The position numbers and the translations under genes are program-made. DNA of 60,186 bases, filler included. It is 8 parts of 8 records of this genome, joined end to end, with 100 filler letters (N's around TTAATTAATTAA, not from the genome) between each part and the next. Parts side by side here need not be neighbours in the genome. Positions count along the whole stretch, not along the records: positions 48,152 to 53,557 come from DRR723986_27570; positions 53,658 to 60,186 come from DRR723986_27608; 6 more parts are not named here. One strand, written 5' to 3'. Shown here piece after piece: positions 50,958-60,186 of the stretch. The notes under the pieces were generated by a model. That model had not been told where the DNA came from, made no database searches, and saw only the letters and a program-made list of their open reading frames with translations. Every line of letters starts with the position of its first letter. Position 1 is the first letter of the stretch.

Positions 50958-52931
50958 TTGGCACAGTCGTCTCAGGCGGCCGGGGGGACAACGTCCATTC
51001 CGGCGCTGTTGCTTCGTAACGCGTCCGAATTCGGCGACAAACCCGCCTATCGGGAAAAGCAATTCGGTATCTGGCAGAGTTGGAGCTGGAAACAAGCCGA
51101 GGTCGAGGTGCGAAACCTTGCCCTTGGGCTGATCAATATGGGGGTAAGCGAGGGCGATTTCATTGCCATCATCGGCAATAACCGCCCGCAGCTGTATTGG
51201 TCGATGGTTGCGGCGCAATCGGTTGGCGCAATCCCCGTGCCGCTATATCAAGACGCCGCCGCCGAAGAGATGGCCTATGTGCTAGATCACTGCGGCGCCC
51301 GTTTCGTGATTGCCGAAGATCAAGAGCAGGTCGATAAGGTGCTAGAGGTGCAAGAGCGCCTGCACCAGTTCGAGCATATGATCTATCTTGATCCGCGCGG
51401 CATGCGCAAATACGACCACACCCGCCTGCATGATTATGCCCATGTGCAAGAGCAGGGCCACGCCGCCCGCGACGAGCTGACCCCCGAATTGCAAGCGCGC
51501 CGTGCCAAGCTGAATTACGACTCGATTTGCGTGATGCTTTATACCTCGGGCACCACAGGCAAGCCCAAGGGCGTGGTTCTGTCGAACCGCAACATCATTG
51601 AATCGGCCAAAAGCAGCGCCGAATTCGATAACTTGGGCCCGGGCGAAGAGGTGCTGGCCTATCTGCCTATGGCCTGGGTGGGCGATTTCATTTTCTCGCT
51701 GGGCCAAGCCTATTGGACAGGCTTTTGCGTGAACTGCCCCGAAAGCCCCGAAACCACCCCTGCAGACCTGCGTGAAATTGGCCCGACCTATTATTTCGCC
51801 CCGCCGCGCGTGTTTGAAACCCAGCTGACCAATGTGATGATCCGCATGGAAGACGCGGGCAAGCTGAAGAAATGGCTGTTTGATACGTTCATGGCCCATG
51901 CCAAGCGTGTTGGCCCCGATATTCTAGATGGCAAGCCCGTTGGGCTGATGGACCGTTTGAAATACATGCTGGGCGATGTGTTTATCTACGGCCCGCTGAA
52001 AAACACCCTGGGCATGTCGAACGTGCGCGTGGGCTATACCGCGGGCGAGGCGATTGGGCCCGAGATTTTCCAATTCTACCGCTCGATCGGGATCAACCTT
52101 AAGCAGCTTTATGGCCAGACCGAGGCATCGGTGTTTATCACCGTGCAGCCCGATGGCGAGGTGCGCGCCGATACCGTGGGCGTGCCGGCCCCAGGGGTCG
52201 AGCTGAAAATCAGCGACACGGGCGAGGTGTTCTACCGCAGCCCCGGTGTGTTTGAATATTACTACAAAAACGCCGAAAGCACCGCCGATACCAAAGATGC
52301 CGAAGGCTGGGTTGCCACGGGTGATGCTGGCTTTATCGAGCCTGACACAGGGCATTTGCGCATTATCGATCGTGCAAAAGACGTGGGCAAAATGGCCGAT
52401 GGCAGCCTGTTTGCGCCCAAATACGTTGAAAACAAGCTGAAATTCTTCCCCAATATCCTAGAGGCGGTGGTGTTCGGCAATGGGCGCGACAGATGCATGG
52501 CCTTTATCAACATCGACATGAGCGCGGTGGGCAATTGGGCCGAACGCAACAACATCGCCTATTCCAGCTATCAGGAACTGGCCGGCCACACCAAAGTATA
52601 TTCGGCCATCCAGGCCCATGTAGAAGAGGTGAACCGCAGCATCGCCGAAGACGAAATGCTGTCGGGCTGCCAGGTGCACCGCTTCTTGATTTTGCACAAG
52701 GAACTGGATGCCGATGATGGTGAAATGACCCGCACACGCAAAGTGCGCCGCCGGATTATCGAAGAGAAATTCGCCGATCTGATCGATGCGCTTTATGCGG
52801 GTGAAACCCAGAAATACACCGAAACCGAGGTGACCTACGAAGACGGTCGCAAGGGCAAAATTTCCGCCACTTTGGAAATTCGCGATGCCGCAATCGCCCC
52901 GATCCGTACCCAGAAGGTGGCAGCAGAATGA
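50958..52931 (+). CDS. Long-chain fatty acid--CoA ligase (AMP-binding)
   Basis: YTSGTTGKPKGV, YGQTE, TGDAG and IIDRAKD motifs; TTG start after GGGAGG. Confidence 0.93.
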   Translation: MAQSSQAAGGTTSIPALLLRNASEFGDKPAYREKQFGIWQSWSWKQAEVEVRNLALGLINMGVSEGDFIAIIGNNRPQLYWSMVAAQSVGAIPVPLYQDAAAEEMAYVLDHCGARFVIAEDQEQVDKVLEVQERLHQFEHMIYLDPRGMRKYDHTRLHDYAHVQEQGHAARDELTPELQARRAKLNYDSICVMLYTSGTTGKPKGVVLSNRNIIESAKSSAEFDNLGPGEEVLAYLPMAWVGDFIFSLGQAYWTGFCVNCPESPETTPADLREIGPTYYFAPPRVFETQLTNVMIRMEDAGKLKKWLFDTFMAHAKRVGPDILDGKPVGLMDRLKYMLGDVFIYGPLKNTLGMSNVRVGYTAGEAIGPEIFQFYRSIGINLKQLYGQTEASVFITVQPDGEVRADTVGVPAPGVELKISDTGEVFYRSPGVFEYYYKNAESTADTKDAEGWVATGDAGFIEPDTGHLRIIDRAKDVGKMADGSLFAPKYVENKLKFFPNILEAVVFGNGRDRCMAFINIDMSAVGNWAERNNIAYSSYQELAGHTKVYSAIQAHVEEVNRSIAEDEMLSGCQVHRFLILHKELDADDGEMTRTRKVRRRIIEEKFADLIDALYAGETQKYTETEVTYEDGRKGKISATLEIRDAAIAPIRTQKVAAE

Positions 52932-53557
52932 CCCAGACAATGCAAGACGAAGGCTATGTCACAGCAGACGGTCGCAAGATCGGCGGCGTGATGATGGAGA
53001 TGAAAAACATCACTTTGCGCTTTGGCGGTGTGAAGGCGATTACCGATATTTCCTTTGATATCCGTCAGGGCGAAATTCGCGCCATTATTGGGCCAAACGG
53101 TGCTGGCAAATCCTCGATGTTGAACGTGATCTCGGGGTTTTATGTGCCGCAAGAGGGCGAGGTGTTTTTTCACGGCAAAAAACGCCCCCCCATGAAACCC
53201 TTTGAGGTGGCGCGCCAAGGTATTGCGCGCACCTTCCAAAACATCGCGCTGTTTGAAGGCATGACCGTTCTCGATAACGTCATGACCGGGCGCCTGAACT
53301 ACATGCATACCAATATTTTGCAGCAGGCTATTTGGGGCGGCAAAGCGGAAAAAGAAGAAAACGAAAACCGCGAAGCTGTGGAAAAGATTATCGATTTCCT
53401 TGAAATCCAATCGATCCGCAAAACCCCGGTTGCCCGCCTGCCCTATGGTTTGAAAAAGCGTGTCGAGCTGGCGCGCGCCTTGGCGGCTGAACCCAAGCTG
53501 CTTTTGCTGGATGAACCGATGGCCGGCATGAACGTTGAAGAAAAAGAGGACATGAGC
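52928..53557 (+). CDS. LivG-like ABC transporter ATP-binding protein (partial)
   Basis: GPNGAGKS, ARTFQN and LLLLDEP.AG motifs. Confidence 0.93.
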
Positions 53558-53821
53558 NNNNNNNNNNNNNNNNNNNNNNNNNNNNNNNNNNNNNNNNNNN
53601 NTTAATTAATTAANNNNNNNNNNNNNNNNNNNNNNNNNNNNNNNNNNNNNNNNNNNNCAGCCACCAAATGTAATGCAGGGGGCGCAGTGCTCTGATCTGC
53701 AAAAGCTGCTCATGACGCATACCCAAGCCACAATCAGAACATCGCAGCTGCCCAAATTTGCGTAGTTTTGTAGCTTCCGTGTTGATCACACGGCCTAACG
53801 TTGAGCTTGAACAATTAAACA

Positions 53822-55642
53822 ATGACGGCAATGACATTCCTTAAGCGGACTCATACCTGCGGCGCACTGCGCCCCGAAAACAGCGGCGAAGAAGTAATCC
53901 TGAACGGCTGGGTGCAGCGTAACCGTGACCTGGGCGGACTGATTTTCGTTGATGTGCGAGATCGCTATGGACTAACACAAGCCGTAGTGCTGCCGGATGC
54001 CGGCGCCGAACTCGTTGAAACTGCACGTGGACTGCATGCCGAGTACGTTGTGGCACTGCGTGGTACCGTGCGCCTGCGCGAAAACCCGAATAAAAATATC
54101 CCGACGGGACTGATTGAAATTCTGGTGAGCGAACTGCAGGTGATCAATAAAGCGGATACGCCGCCCTTTGAAATTGAGGACGAAGTGCGCGCCGGTGAAG
54201 AACTGCGCCTGCGTCACCGCTACAATGATCTGCGCCGCCCGGCCATGCAGCGTTTCCTCTCGATCCGCAACGAGCTGTACCAGGTGGCACATAAGTTTTT
54301 CCACGAACATGATTTCCTGGAAATTGAGACGCCAATCCTGATGAAATCCACGCCCGAAGGTGCGCGTGACTTCCTGGTGCCGAGCCGCGTGCATCACGGA
54401 AATTTCTATGCCCTGCCGCAGTCGCCACAAATCTACAAGCAGCTGCTGATGATGTCGGGCATGGACCGCTACATGCAAATCGTTAAATGTTTCCGCGATG
54501 AAGCGTTGCGCGCCGACCGCCAGCCAGAATTCTCACAGATTGACATCGAAATGTCATTTGTGGACCAGGATGACGTGATGGAACTCACTGAAGCGTTCAT
54601 CAAGCGCGCCTGGAGTGAGATCGCCGGCGTAGAGCTGCCGCGGCCCTTCCCGCGTATGACGTACGATGATGCGATGCAGCGCTACGGAACCGACAAGCCA
54701 GACACGCGCTACGCGCTTGAGTTAAAAACCGTCAGTGAAATCGTTGCCAAAAGCGGCTTCAAAGTCTTTAGCGGCGCAGTTGAGAGTGGCGGAGTTGTTG
54801 CACTGCTGAACGCCAAAGGCTGCGCAAGCTATTCGCGCAAACAAATTGACGGACTGACCGAGCACGCCAAAAAATATGGTGCCAAAGGCCTGGCGTGGAT
54901 GAAAATCAATGCGGACGGCGTGCAGTCGCCGATTGCAAAATTCCTGGATGACGAAGTCGTTGCGCAGCTGCGCGCCGCCGCCGACGCCGCCGAAGGTGAC
55001 CTGCTGCTCTTTGGTGCCGGTGCTGCCGAAGAGACCTATACAGTTCTGGGCGCGCTGCGCACGGAAATTGCCAAACAAACCGGAATTCTGGATGAACTGC
55101 GCGGAAAATTCAGTGCGCTCTTCGTTACCGATTGGCCGCTGGTTGAGCACGATGCGGAGGCCGGACGTTATGTAGCCAAACACCATCCTTTCTCAATGCC
55201 TTTTGAAGAAGACATTGAGACGATGCTGGACAATCCGGCTGCGGCACGCGCGCTGGCGTATGACCTGGTGATTAACGGTCACGAGGCTGCCGGCGGCAGC
55301 ATCCGCATTCATCGCAAGGAAGTCCAGGACAAAATGTTCCAGGTTCTGGGCATTGACGAAGCCGAAGCCCAATCCAAGTTTGGCTTCCTGCTCGACGCAC
55401 TGCGCTTTGGAGCGCCGCCTCATGGCGGGATTGCATTTGGACTGGATCGGATGGTGATGCTGTTGGCCGGCACCGAAAATATCCGCGACGTAATCGCCTT
55501 CCCGAAAACGACGAGTTTCCTCTCGCTGATGGACGGCGCGCCTTCGGATGTCACCGAAGAACAGTTGATTGAACTCGGAATTCAGTTGCGCCCCAAATCA
55601 TCCAAAACGGCAGATGAGTCCGCCGACAACGCTGCAAGCTGA
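53822..55642 (+). CDS. aspS: Aspartate--tRNA ligase
   Basis: RTHTCG, STPEGARDF, ALPQSPQ, FRDE..RADRQPEF and GAPPHGGIAFGLDR motifs. Confidence 0.98.
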   Translation: MTAMTFLKRTHTCGALRPENSGEEVILNGWVQRNRDLGGLIFVDVRDRYGLTQAVVLPDAGAELVETARGLHAEYVVALRGTVRLRENPNKNIPTGLIEILVSELQVINKADTPPFEIEDEVRAGEELRLRHRYNDLRRPAMQRFLSIRNELYQVAHKFFHEHDFLEIETPILMKSTPEGARDFLVPSRVHHGNFYALPQSPQIYKQLLMMSGMDRYMQIVKCFRDEALRADRQPEFSQIDIEMSFVDQDDVMELTEAFIKRAWSEIAGVELPRPFPRMTYDDAMQRYGTDKPDTRYALELKTVSEIVAKSGFKVFSGAVESGGVVALLNAKGCASYSRKQIDGLTEHAKKYGAKGLAWMKINADGVQSPIAKFLDDEVVAQLRAAADAAEGDLLLFGAGAAEETYTVLGALRTEIAKQTGILDELRGKFSALFVTDWPLVEHDAEAGRYVAKHHPFSMPFEEDIETMLDNPAAARALAYDLVINGHEAAGGSIRIHRKEVQDKMFQVLGIDEAEAQSKFGFLLDALRFGAPPHGGIAFGLDRMVMLLAGTENIRDVIAFPKTTSFLSLMDGAPSDVTEEQLIELGIQLRPKSSKTADESADNAAS

Positions 55643-55829
55643 ATAGCCAATCGAACCAATCGCTAAACTGCCCGGAACTGCATCTGTCCTGGAAATTGGA
55701 TTGCAGGCCGGGCCTTGGTCTTAACTAGACTGTTTGTACTTCCTGGGGCAGCGGCAATTGAGCTGCTCAACGCGAATCAGACAGCCGCTTAAACTGCAAC
55801 ATTAGACAAGTATCAGGTCGGAATAAATT

Positions 55830-56657
55830 ATGAGTAACCTGCGCGAGCGCATGCAAGAACTGGCAGATGGAAGTCTTTCTGCTGAAGCTGGACAGACCTT
55901 GGTTTTTGAATTTTTGGCCGCTCTAAATGACGGCAGCGTCCGCTCCGCTGAGCCGGACGGGCAAGGTGGCTGGCAGGTCAACACCTGGGTCAAACGCGGT
56001 ATTCTGTCGTGTTTTGCCAATGGCAGTCTCGTAGACATGACGCAGGCCGGGCATCCTTTTTACGATAAAAACACTCTGCCATTACGTCCTTTGCACCTGG
56101 ATGATGCTGTCCGCCTCGTGCCTGGCGGTTCGTCGATTCGGACGGGTGCATATGTAGCCCCCGGAGTTATCTGTATGCCGCCGATGTACATTAACATTGG
56201 CGCTTATGTGGACGCAGGCAGCATGGTTGATTCACACGCACTTGTCGGCACTTGCGCGCAGATTGGCAAAAATGTACACATCAGCGCCGCCGCGCAGATT
56301 GGCGGAGTGCTTGAGCCCGCCGGTGCCAGCCCCGTCATCATTGAAGACGGCGTTATGGTAGGTGGCAATTGTGGTGTTTATGAAGGTGTGCGCGTCGGCA
56401 ATCGTGCCGTACTCGGCAGTGGTGTGATTTTAAATGCATCCACACCGCTCTACGATAACGTCAATTGCAAAGTAATTCGCGCAGATGCTGATGGAGTTGT
56501 GCACGTTCCTGCCGGTGCCGTCGTCATTGCGGGTTCGCGGGACATGCGTGGTGACTTTGCTGAAAAGTTTGGTCTGGGCATGTATGCTCCGATCATCGTG
56601 AAATACCGCGACGAGAAAACAGATGCCCGCACGGCACTGGAACAGGTTTTGCGCTAA
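55830..56657 (+). CDS. dapD: Tetrahydrodipicolinate N-succinyltransferase
   Basis: WQVN.WVK..IL, NIGAYVD, VG.CAQIG.NVH.S and IGGVLEP motifs. Confidence 0.95.
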   Translation: MSNLRERMQELADGSLSAEAGQTLVFEFLAALNDGSVRSAEPDGQGGWQVNTWVKRGILSCFANGSLVDMTQAGHPFYDKNTLPLRPLHLDDAVRLVPGGSSIRTGAYVAPGVICMPPMYINIGAYVDAGSMVDSHALVGTCAQIGKNVHISAAAQIGGVLEPAGASPVIIEDGVMVGGNCGVYEGVRVGNRAVLGSGVILNASTPLYDNVNCKVIRADADGVVHVPAGAVVIAGSRDMRGDFAEKFGLGMYAPIIVKYRDEKTDARTALEQVLR

Positions 56658-56685
56658 GCGCCTCCGCAATCAGGGAACAAGGTTC

Positions 56686-57975
56686 ATGACGTCTTCTGCT
56701 ATCAAAAACGCCTCGCGTGCGCTGCCTTTTACGGAAAAAACATTCGAAAATGGCCTGCGCGTGGTTGTGGTTCCACGGCATTCTTCTCCGATTGTTAACA
56801 TCACCGTGGCATATCGCGTGGGTTCCAAGGACGAGAACCCGAATCACACCGGATTCGCGCATCTGTTTGAACACCTGATGTTTGAGGGTTCGCAGAACCT
56901 GGCTAACGGCTTGTTTGACAAATATTGCGCTGAAGCCGGCGGGCATAACAATGCCTTTACCACAAATGATTCGACGGTGTACTACATGTCACTGCCCTCG
57001 TATCAACTGGAGCTGGGCTTGTGGTTGGAGGCCGACAGGATGGCGGCATTCGGCGTAGACCAGGCAGCGCTGGAGACACAACAAAATGTGGTTGTCGAAG
57101 AGATTTCGCAGAACGTCGAAAACCAGCCCTATGGCACATTCTCACGCGTATTGAGCCAAACGGCCTATCGCGAAAACTCGCCCTATGGCTGGGATGTCTA
57201 CGGCAGCGTTGAACATGTGCGTAACTCTACGCTGGGCGACGTCAGTGAGTTTTTTCAGCAGCACTATCGGCCCGACAATGCCTGTCTGGTACTCTGTGGT
57301 GATATAACTGCTGAAAAGGGTATGGAGCTGGCCGCGAAGCACTTTGCGAAAATCAAACGTGGCTCACGTCCGCTCAAGAGGCCAAGCATGCAGCTCAGCG
57401 ATCGGATCGGTGGCAAAGACGTTGTTGTGGAAGACAACATTCCGCTGGAAGGGATTTTCCGCGCGTACCACTTTGATGGTTTCAGCAGTCCCGACATCTA
57501 TACAGCGAACATTCTTTACAACATTCTTTCGGATGGGCAAAGTTCACGTCTCTATAAATCCTTGGTTTATGAGCAGCAGCTTGCGTCGGACATTGGAATG
57601 TATATAGACGATCGCGAGCTGAGCTCACTGCTGGTGACATATGCGATTGCGGCTGAGCCTCAAACCACGGCGGCCGAGCTGGACGAAGCCATGTTTACGG
57701 AAGTGAACTCAATTGCCGTTTCCGGTGTATCCGCCAGTGAAATCCACAAAGCGCAGAACCGCGTGGCTACGCGTCTGGCCCGTTCAATGCAACGCAATCA
57801 TGGCGTTGCTCTGGAAGTGGGTTTTAACGCGCTCTGTTTTGATGATCCATCACTGGCATTTAAGATGTCAGAAAAGTATGCCGCCGTTACAGCTGCCGAC
57901 GTGCAGGAATTTGCTCAACGCGTTTGCCAACGCGCCAACAGTGTTGGCATAAGTTTTGTACCAAAAAACGCCTGA
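56686..57975 (+). CDS. M16 (pitrilysin-family) zinc peptidase
   Basis: GFAHLFEHLMF (HxxEH), NAFT and LEADRM motifs. Confidence 0.93.
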   Translation: MTSSAIKNASRALPFTEKTFENGLRVVVVPRHSSPIVNITVAYRVGSKDENPNHTGFAHLFEHLMFEGSQNLANGLFDKYCAEAGGHNNAFTTNDSTVYYMSLPSYQLELGLWLEADRMAAFGVDQAALETQQNVVVEEISQNVENQPYGTFSRVLSQTAYRENSPYGWDVYGSVEHVRNSTLGDVSEFFQQHYRPDNACLVLCGDITAEKGMELAAKHFAKIKRGSRPLKRPSMQLSDRIGGKDVVVEDNIPLEGIFRAYHFDGFSSPDIYTANILYNILSDGQSSRLYKSLVYEQQLASDIGMYIDDRELSSLLVTYAIAAEPQTTAAELDEAMFTEVNSIAVSGVSASEIHKAQNRVATRLARSMQRNHGVALEVGFNALCFDDPSLAFKMSEKYAAVTAADVQEFAQRVCQRANSVGISFVPKNA

Positions 57976-58143
57976 CAGGAGCTATTTGATAAAAAGCTGT
58001 GTTTAGCCGCCAGATGGGTGCAACAGGTCGCAATGTTCTACGTTTCAGCTAACATGCACAAGATGAAAACTGGATACGGTAGCAAAAACGCGCAAATGAG
58101 ATGGCGCGCCTAGAACCGACTCCTGATTAAGGAGAACTGAAGA

Positions 58144-58899
58144 ATGGGAAGACAAAATGATATGGGCGAAGATTTCGAGAGCTGGTACCACCAGTGGAAA
58201 TCGAAGTCAGGCCCCCAGTCGGCTCGCAGCACAGAATCGCAGGGCGGTCGCCGCGTACGCAGCCGCAGTTCCGCGCGCCAGAATAAAAACAATCGCAGCA
58301 TCAACGCTAACGGCAGTGAGAACTCGAACATCGTCGAAAATGCCGTTGGCACCCTGCTCGACGCAGTCAACACCGTGGTAGGCAAACATCAGCGCCCACG
58401 ACCGAGTGTAAAAGAAGAAACCTACCGTAAAATGGTGCGTCGCCTGGACCTGGCCGAACGCCAGCTGGAAAAACGCCGTCGCAACGTCGTGATCTTTGGC
58501 ATCATTTCCGTCGCAACAATTTTAACCGGTGAAATTGGCATCATCGCCATCTCCTGGTTATTTACCATCTACAAAATCTACGCGCTCACCGAGCACAAAC
58601 GCAAAATTGGCAACCTTTCCGAGGAATGCCGCCGGTACGAGGAAATGCACCTGCCGGACGATAAGCTGCAGCGCGAAAAAGAAATCCTGCGTCACGCATT
58701 TAACAATCAAGGGCGCGTCTACCCCGAGCGCATCGCGCTGGAGTCAGAATTTTCGCTATCTGAGGTAGAGCACATGCTCGCCATCTGCGTTGACAAACAC
58801 ATTGCGTCCATCGAACTCGATCAAAACGGGCGCACCTATTACTACTTTACAAGTCTGGACAACAGCGATCCCTATGCGGATCTGCCGCCAATTCAGTAG
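58144..58899 (+). CDS. Hypothetical membrane protein with C-terminal winged-helix-like domain
   Basis: Central hydrophobic hairpin flanked by coiled-coil-like segments; C-terminal IL..A....GRV....IALE...SL.EVE..L...NG..YY.F. Confidence 0.72.
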   Translation: MGRQNDMGEDFESWYHQWKSKSGPQSARSTESQGGRRVRSRSSARQNKNNRSINANGSENSNIVENAVGTLLDAVNTVVGKHQRPRPSVKEETYRKMVRRLDLAERQLEKRRRNVVIFGIISVATILTGEIGIIAISWLFTIYKIYALTEHKRKIGNLSEECRRYEEMHLPDDKLQREKEILRHAFNNQGRVYPERIALESEFSLSEVEHMLAICVDKHIASIELDQNGRTYYYFTSLDNSDPYADLPPIQ

Positions 58900-58951
58900 A
58901 TTTGCTCTCCCGACAATCCTGAATTGATCTTTTTTTCCGAAGGAACTTCAC

Positions 58952-59629
58952 ATGCAAATTTATGTCGATTCGGCCAATCTGGATGATATTAAACACGCCG
59001 CATCGCTCGGCATTCTGAGCGGCGTAACCACAAACCCCTCACTGCTGGCCAAGGAAGATCCTTCCGTAGATGTGCGCGAACGCATCCTCGAAATCCATAA
59101 GCTCGTCGGCGGCCACTGCTCCGTTGAAGTTGTATCGACCGACAGGGACGGCATGCTGCGCGAAGCCGACGAAATCCTCAGTTGGTTCCCCGGCGCAACC
59201 ATCAAAATTCCAATGATTGCCGAAGGCCTGGCTGCTACAAGTGAGCTGGCTAAACGCAATGTGCCTGTTAACATGACGCTGATTTTCAGCGCGACGCAGG
59301 CTCTGGCGGCCAACAATGCCGGTGCCGCATACGTTAGTGTCTTCCTTGGACGCCTCGACGATATCGCATTTCCTGGCATAGATGTCATCAGCGATACACG
59401 CGAAATTTGGGAAAAACAGGGCCTTGAGTCCAAGATCCTCGCGGCATCTTTACGCCATCCTCTGCACTTGCTGCAGGTTGCCAAAGCTGGTGCGCACATT
59501 GCCACCACGCCCTACAAGGTCATTATGCAGTCCCTCAAACACCCACTTACGGACGCGGGGCTGGACAAATTTTTGGCCGATTACGACAAGATGCAGGCCG
59601 AGATTGCCGAACTCAAAAAAAATGCCTGA
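58952..59629 (+). CDS. tal: Transaldolase (small TalC/Fsa type)
   Basis: GVTTNPSL, Schiff-base IKIP, TLIFS, GRLDD and LAAS.R motifs. Glu in SVEV and Phe in SVFLGR favour transaldolase over fructose-6-phosphate aldolase. Confidence 0.9.
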   Translation: MQIYVDSANLDDIKHAASLGILSGVTTNPSLLAKEDPSVDVRERILEIHKLVGGHCSVEVVSTDRDGMLREADEILSWFPGATIKIPMIAEGLAATSELAKRNVPVNMTLIFSATQALAANNAGAAYVSVFLGRLDDIAFPGIDVISDTREIWEKQGLESKILAASLRHPLHLLQVAKAGAHIATTPYKVIMQSLKHPLTDAGLDKFLADYDKMQAEIAELKKNA

Positions 59630-60186
59630 TTTGTCCGCGGACAACTTGGCATATCAAATCAGGAGCCTCGCCATTTGGTGGGGCTTTCCTGTTTTTGGGA
59701 CTGCCGCCGCCAGTTCGTCACTACTCTCGTCCTTTGTCTCACCGCATTCTCACTCATTCCAGCCTTCTAATCTTCGCGGTTTTTGACTGAATTATAGAGC
59801 GCTTCGCCGGCCGTTCTGGCTTGCTATTCCCGGCTTGCTGTTTCTTTTTGTTAGTATTCGGGATCAGAGCCGAAACTCACACAGCTACCAGCCTCTTTGG
59901 CACAAGTGGCTCGGTGGACAGCCATAAGTAAGACTCTGAGGCAGTCTGGAGACGGTTTTTCGCGGAGCAGCTCCGCCGCAAGTTTTTGCCAGGCTGCCAT
60001 CCGCTACTTTTTGCGGAGGACGTCACGCCTTCCTGGCAGCGAGCTGCTCGGTTTTTTGTACCGCAAAATCCGATTTGCCGTCCGTTCGGCACCGGATAAC
60101 TGGCCGTTTACTTTTTGCCGCATTGCAAATTGAGGGTGCGGAGTTAGACTTGTAAATGACGGCGCGCAGCATGCGGAGCGCCGCTC

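Noticed and set aside
59630..60186. Short ORFs at the window end
   Set aside because: No motifs or convincing start signals.
1..60186. Horizontal transfer between eukaryote, alphaproteobacterium and FCB bacterium
   Set aside because: Every switch of organism coincides with a linker, so adjacency is not biological.

Overview
This window is not one locus. It is eight contigs joined by artificial N-ttaattaattaa-N linkers (6319-6418, 13225-13324, 22362-22461, 30045-30144, 40125-40224, 48052-48151, 53558-53657) and comes from at least three organisms. (1) 1-6318 is an alphaproteobacterial (Rhodobacteraceae-like) repABC replicon with an antisense ctRNA, palindromic parS candidates, decayed parB/DUF1403/scpB genes, an IS5-family element and inverted IS481 3' ends at both contig ends. 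(2) 6419-13224 is a very GC-rich eukaryotic contig with GT-AG introns. It holds a ClpP first exon and a spliced gene of about 2000 aa that may be a catalytically dead SAC9-like phosphatase. (3-6, 8) are contigs of an FCB-group bacterium (Bacteroidota/Ignavibacteria/Kapabacteria-like): tRNA-Phe, Dna2-like nuclease-helicase, pyrG, FKBP, GlmU-like protein, TonB receptor with a T9SS partner, trxA, rhodanese, TPMT-like methyltransferase, several T9SS cargo proteins, a fibre-like repeat protein, a low-GC cassette-like islet with a GNAT, lhgO, aspS, dapD, an M16 peptidase and transaldolase. (7) 48152-53557 is a Rhodobacteraceae-like two-component system with an acyl-CoA ligase and a Liv-type ABC ATPase. 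I found no CRISPR array, retron, DGR or other complete novel system. The best leads are the SAC9-like pseudophosphatase, the attC-like cassette islet, the IS481-bracketed replicon and an unexplained ~215-bp duplicated element. All family assignments come from motif recognition by eye; no database searches were run.
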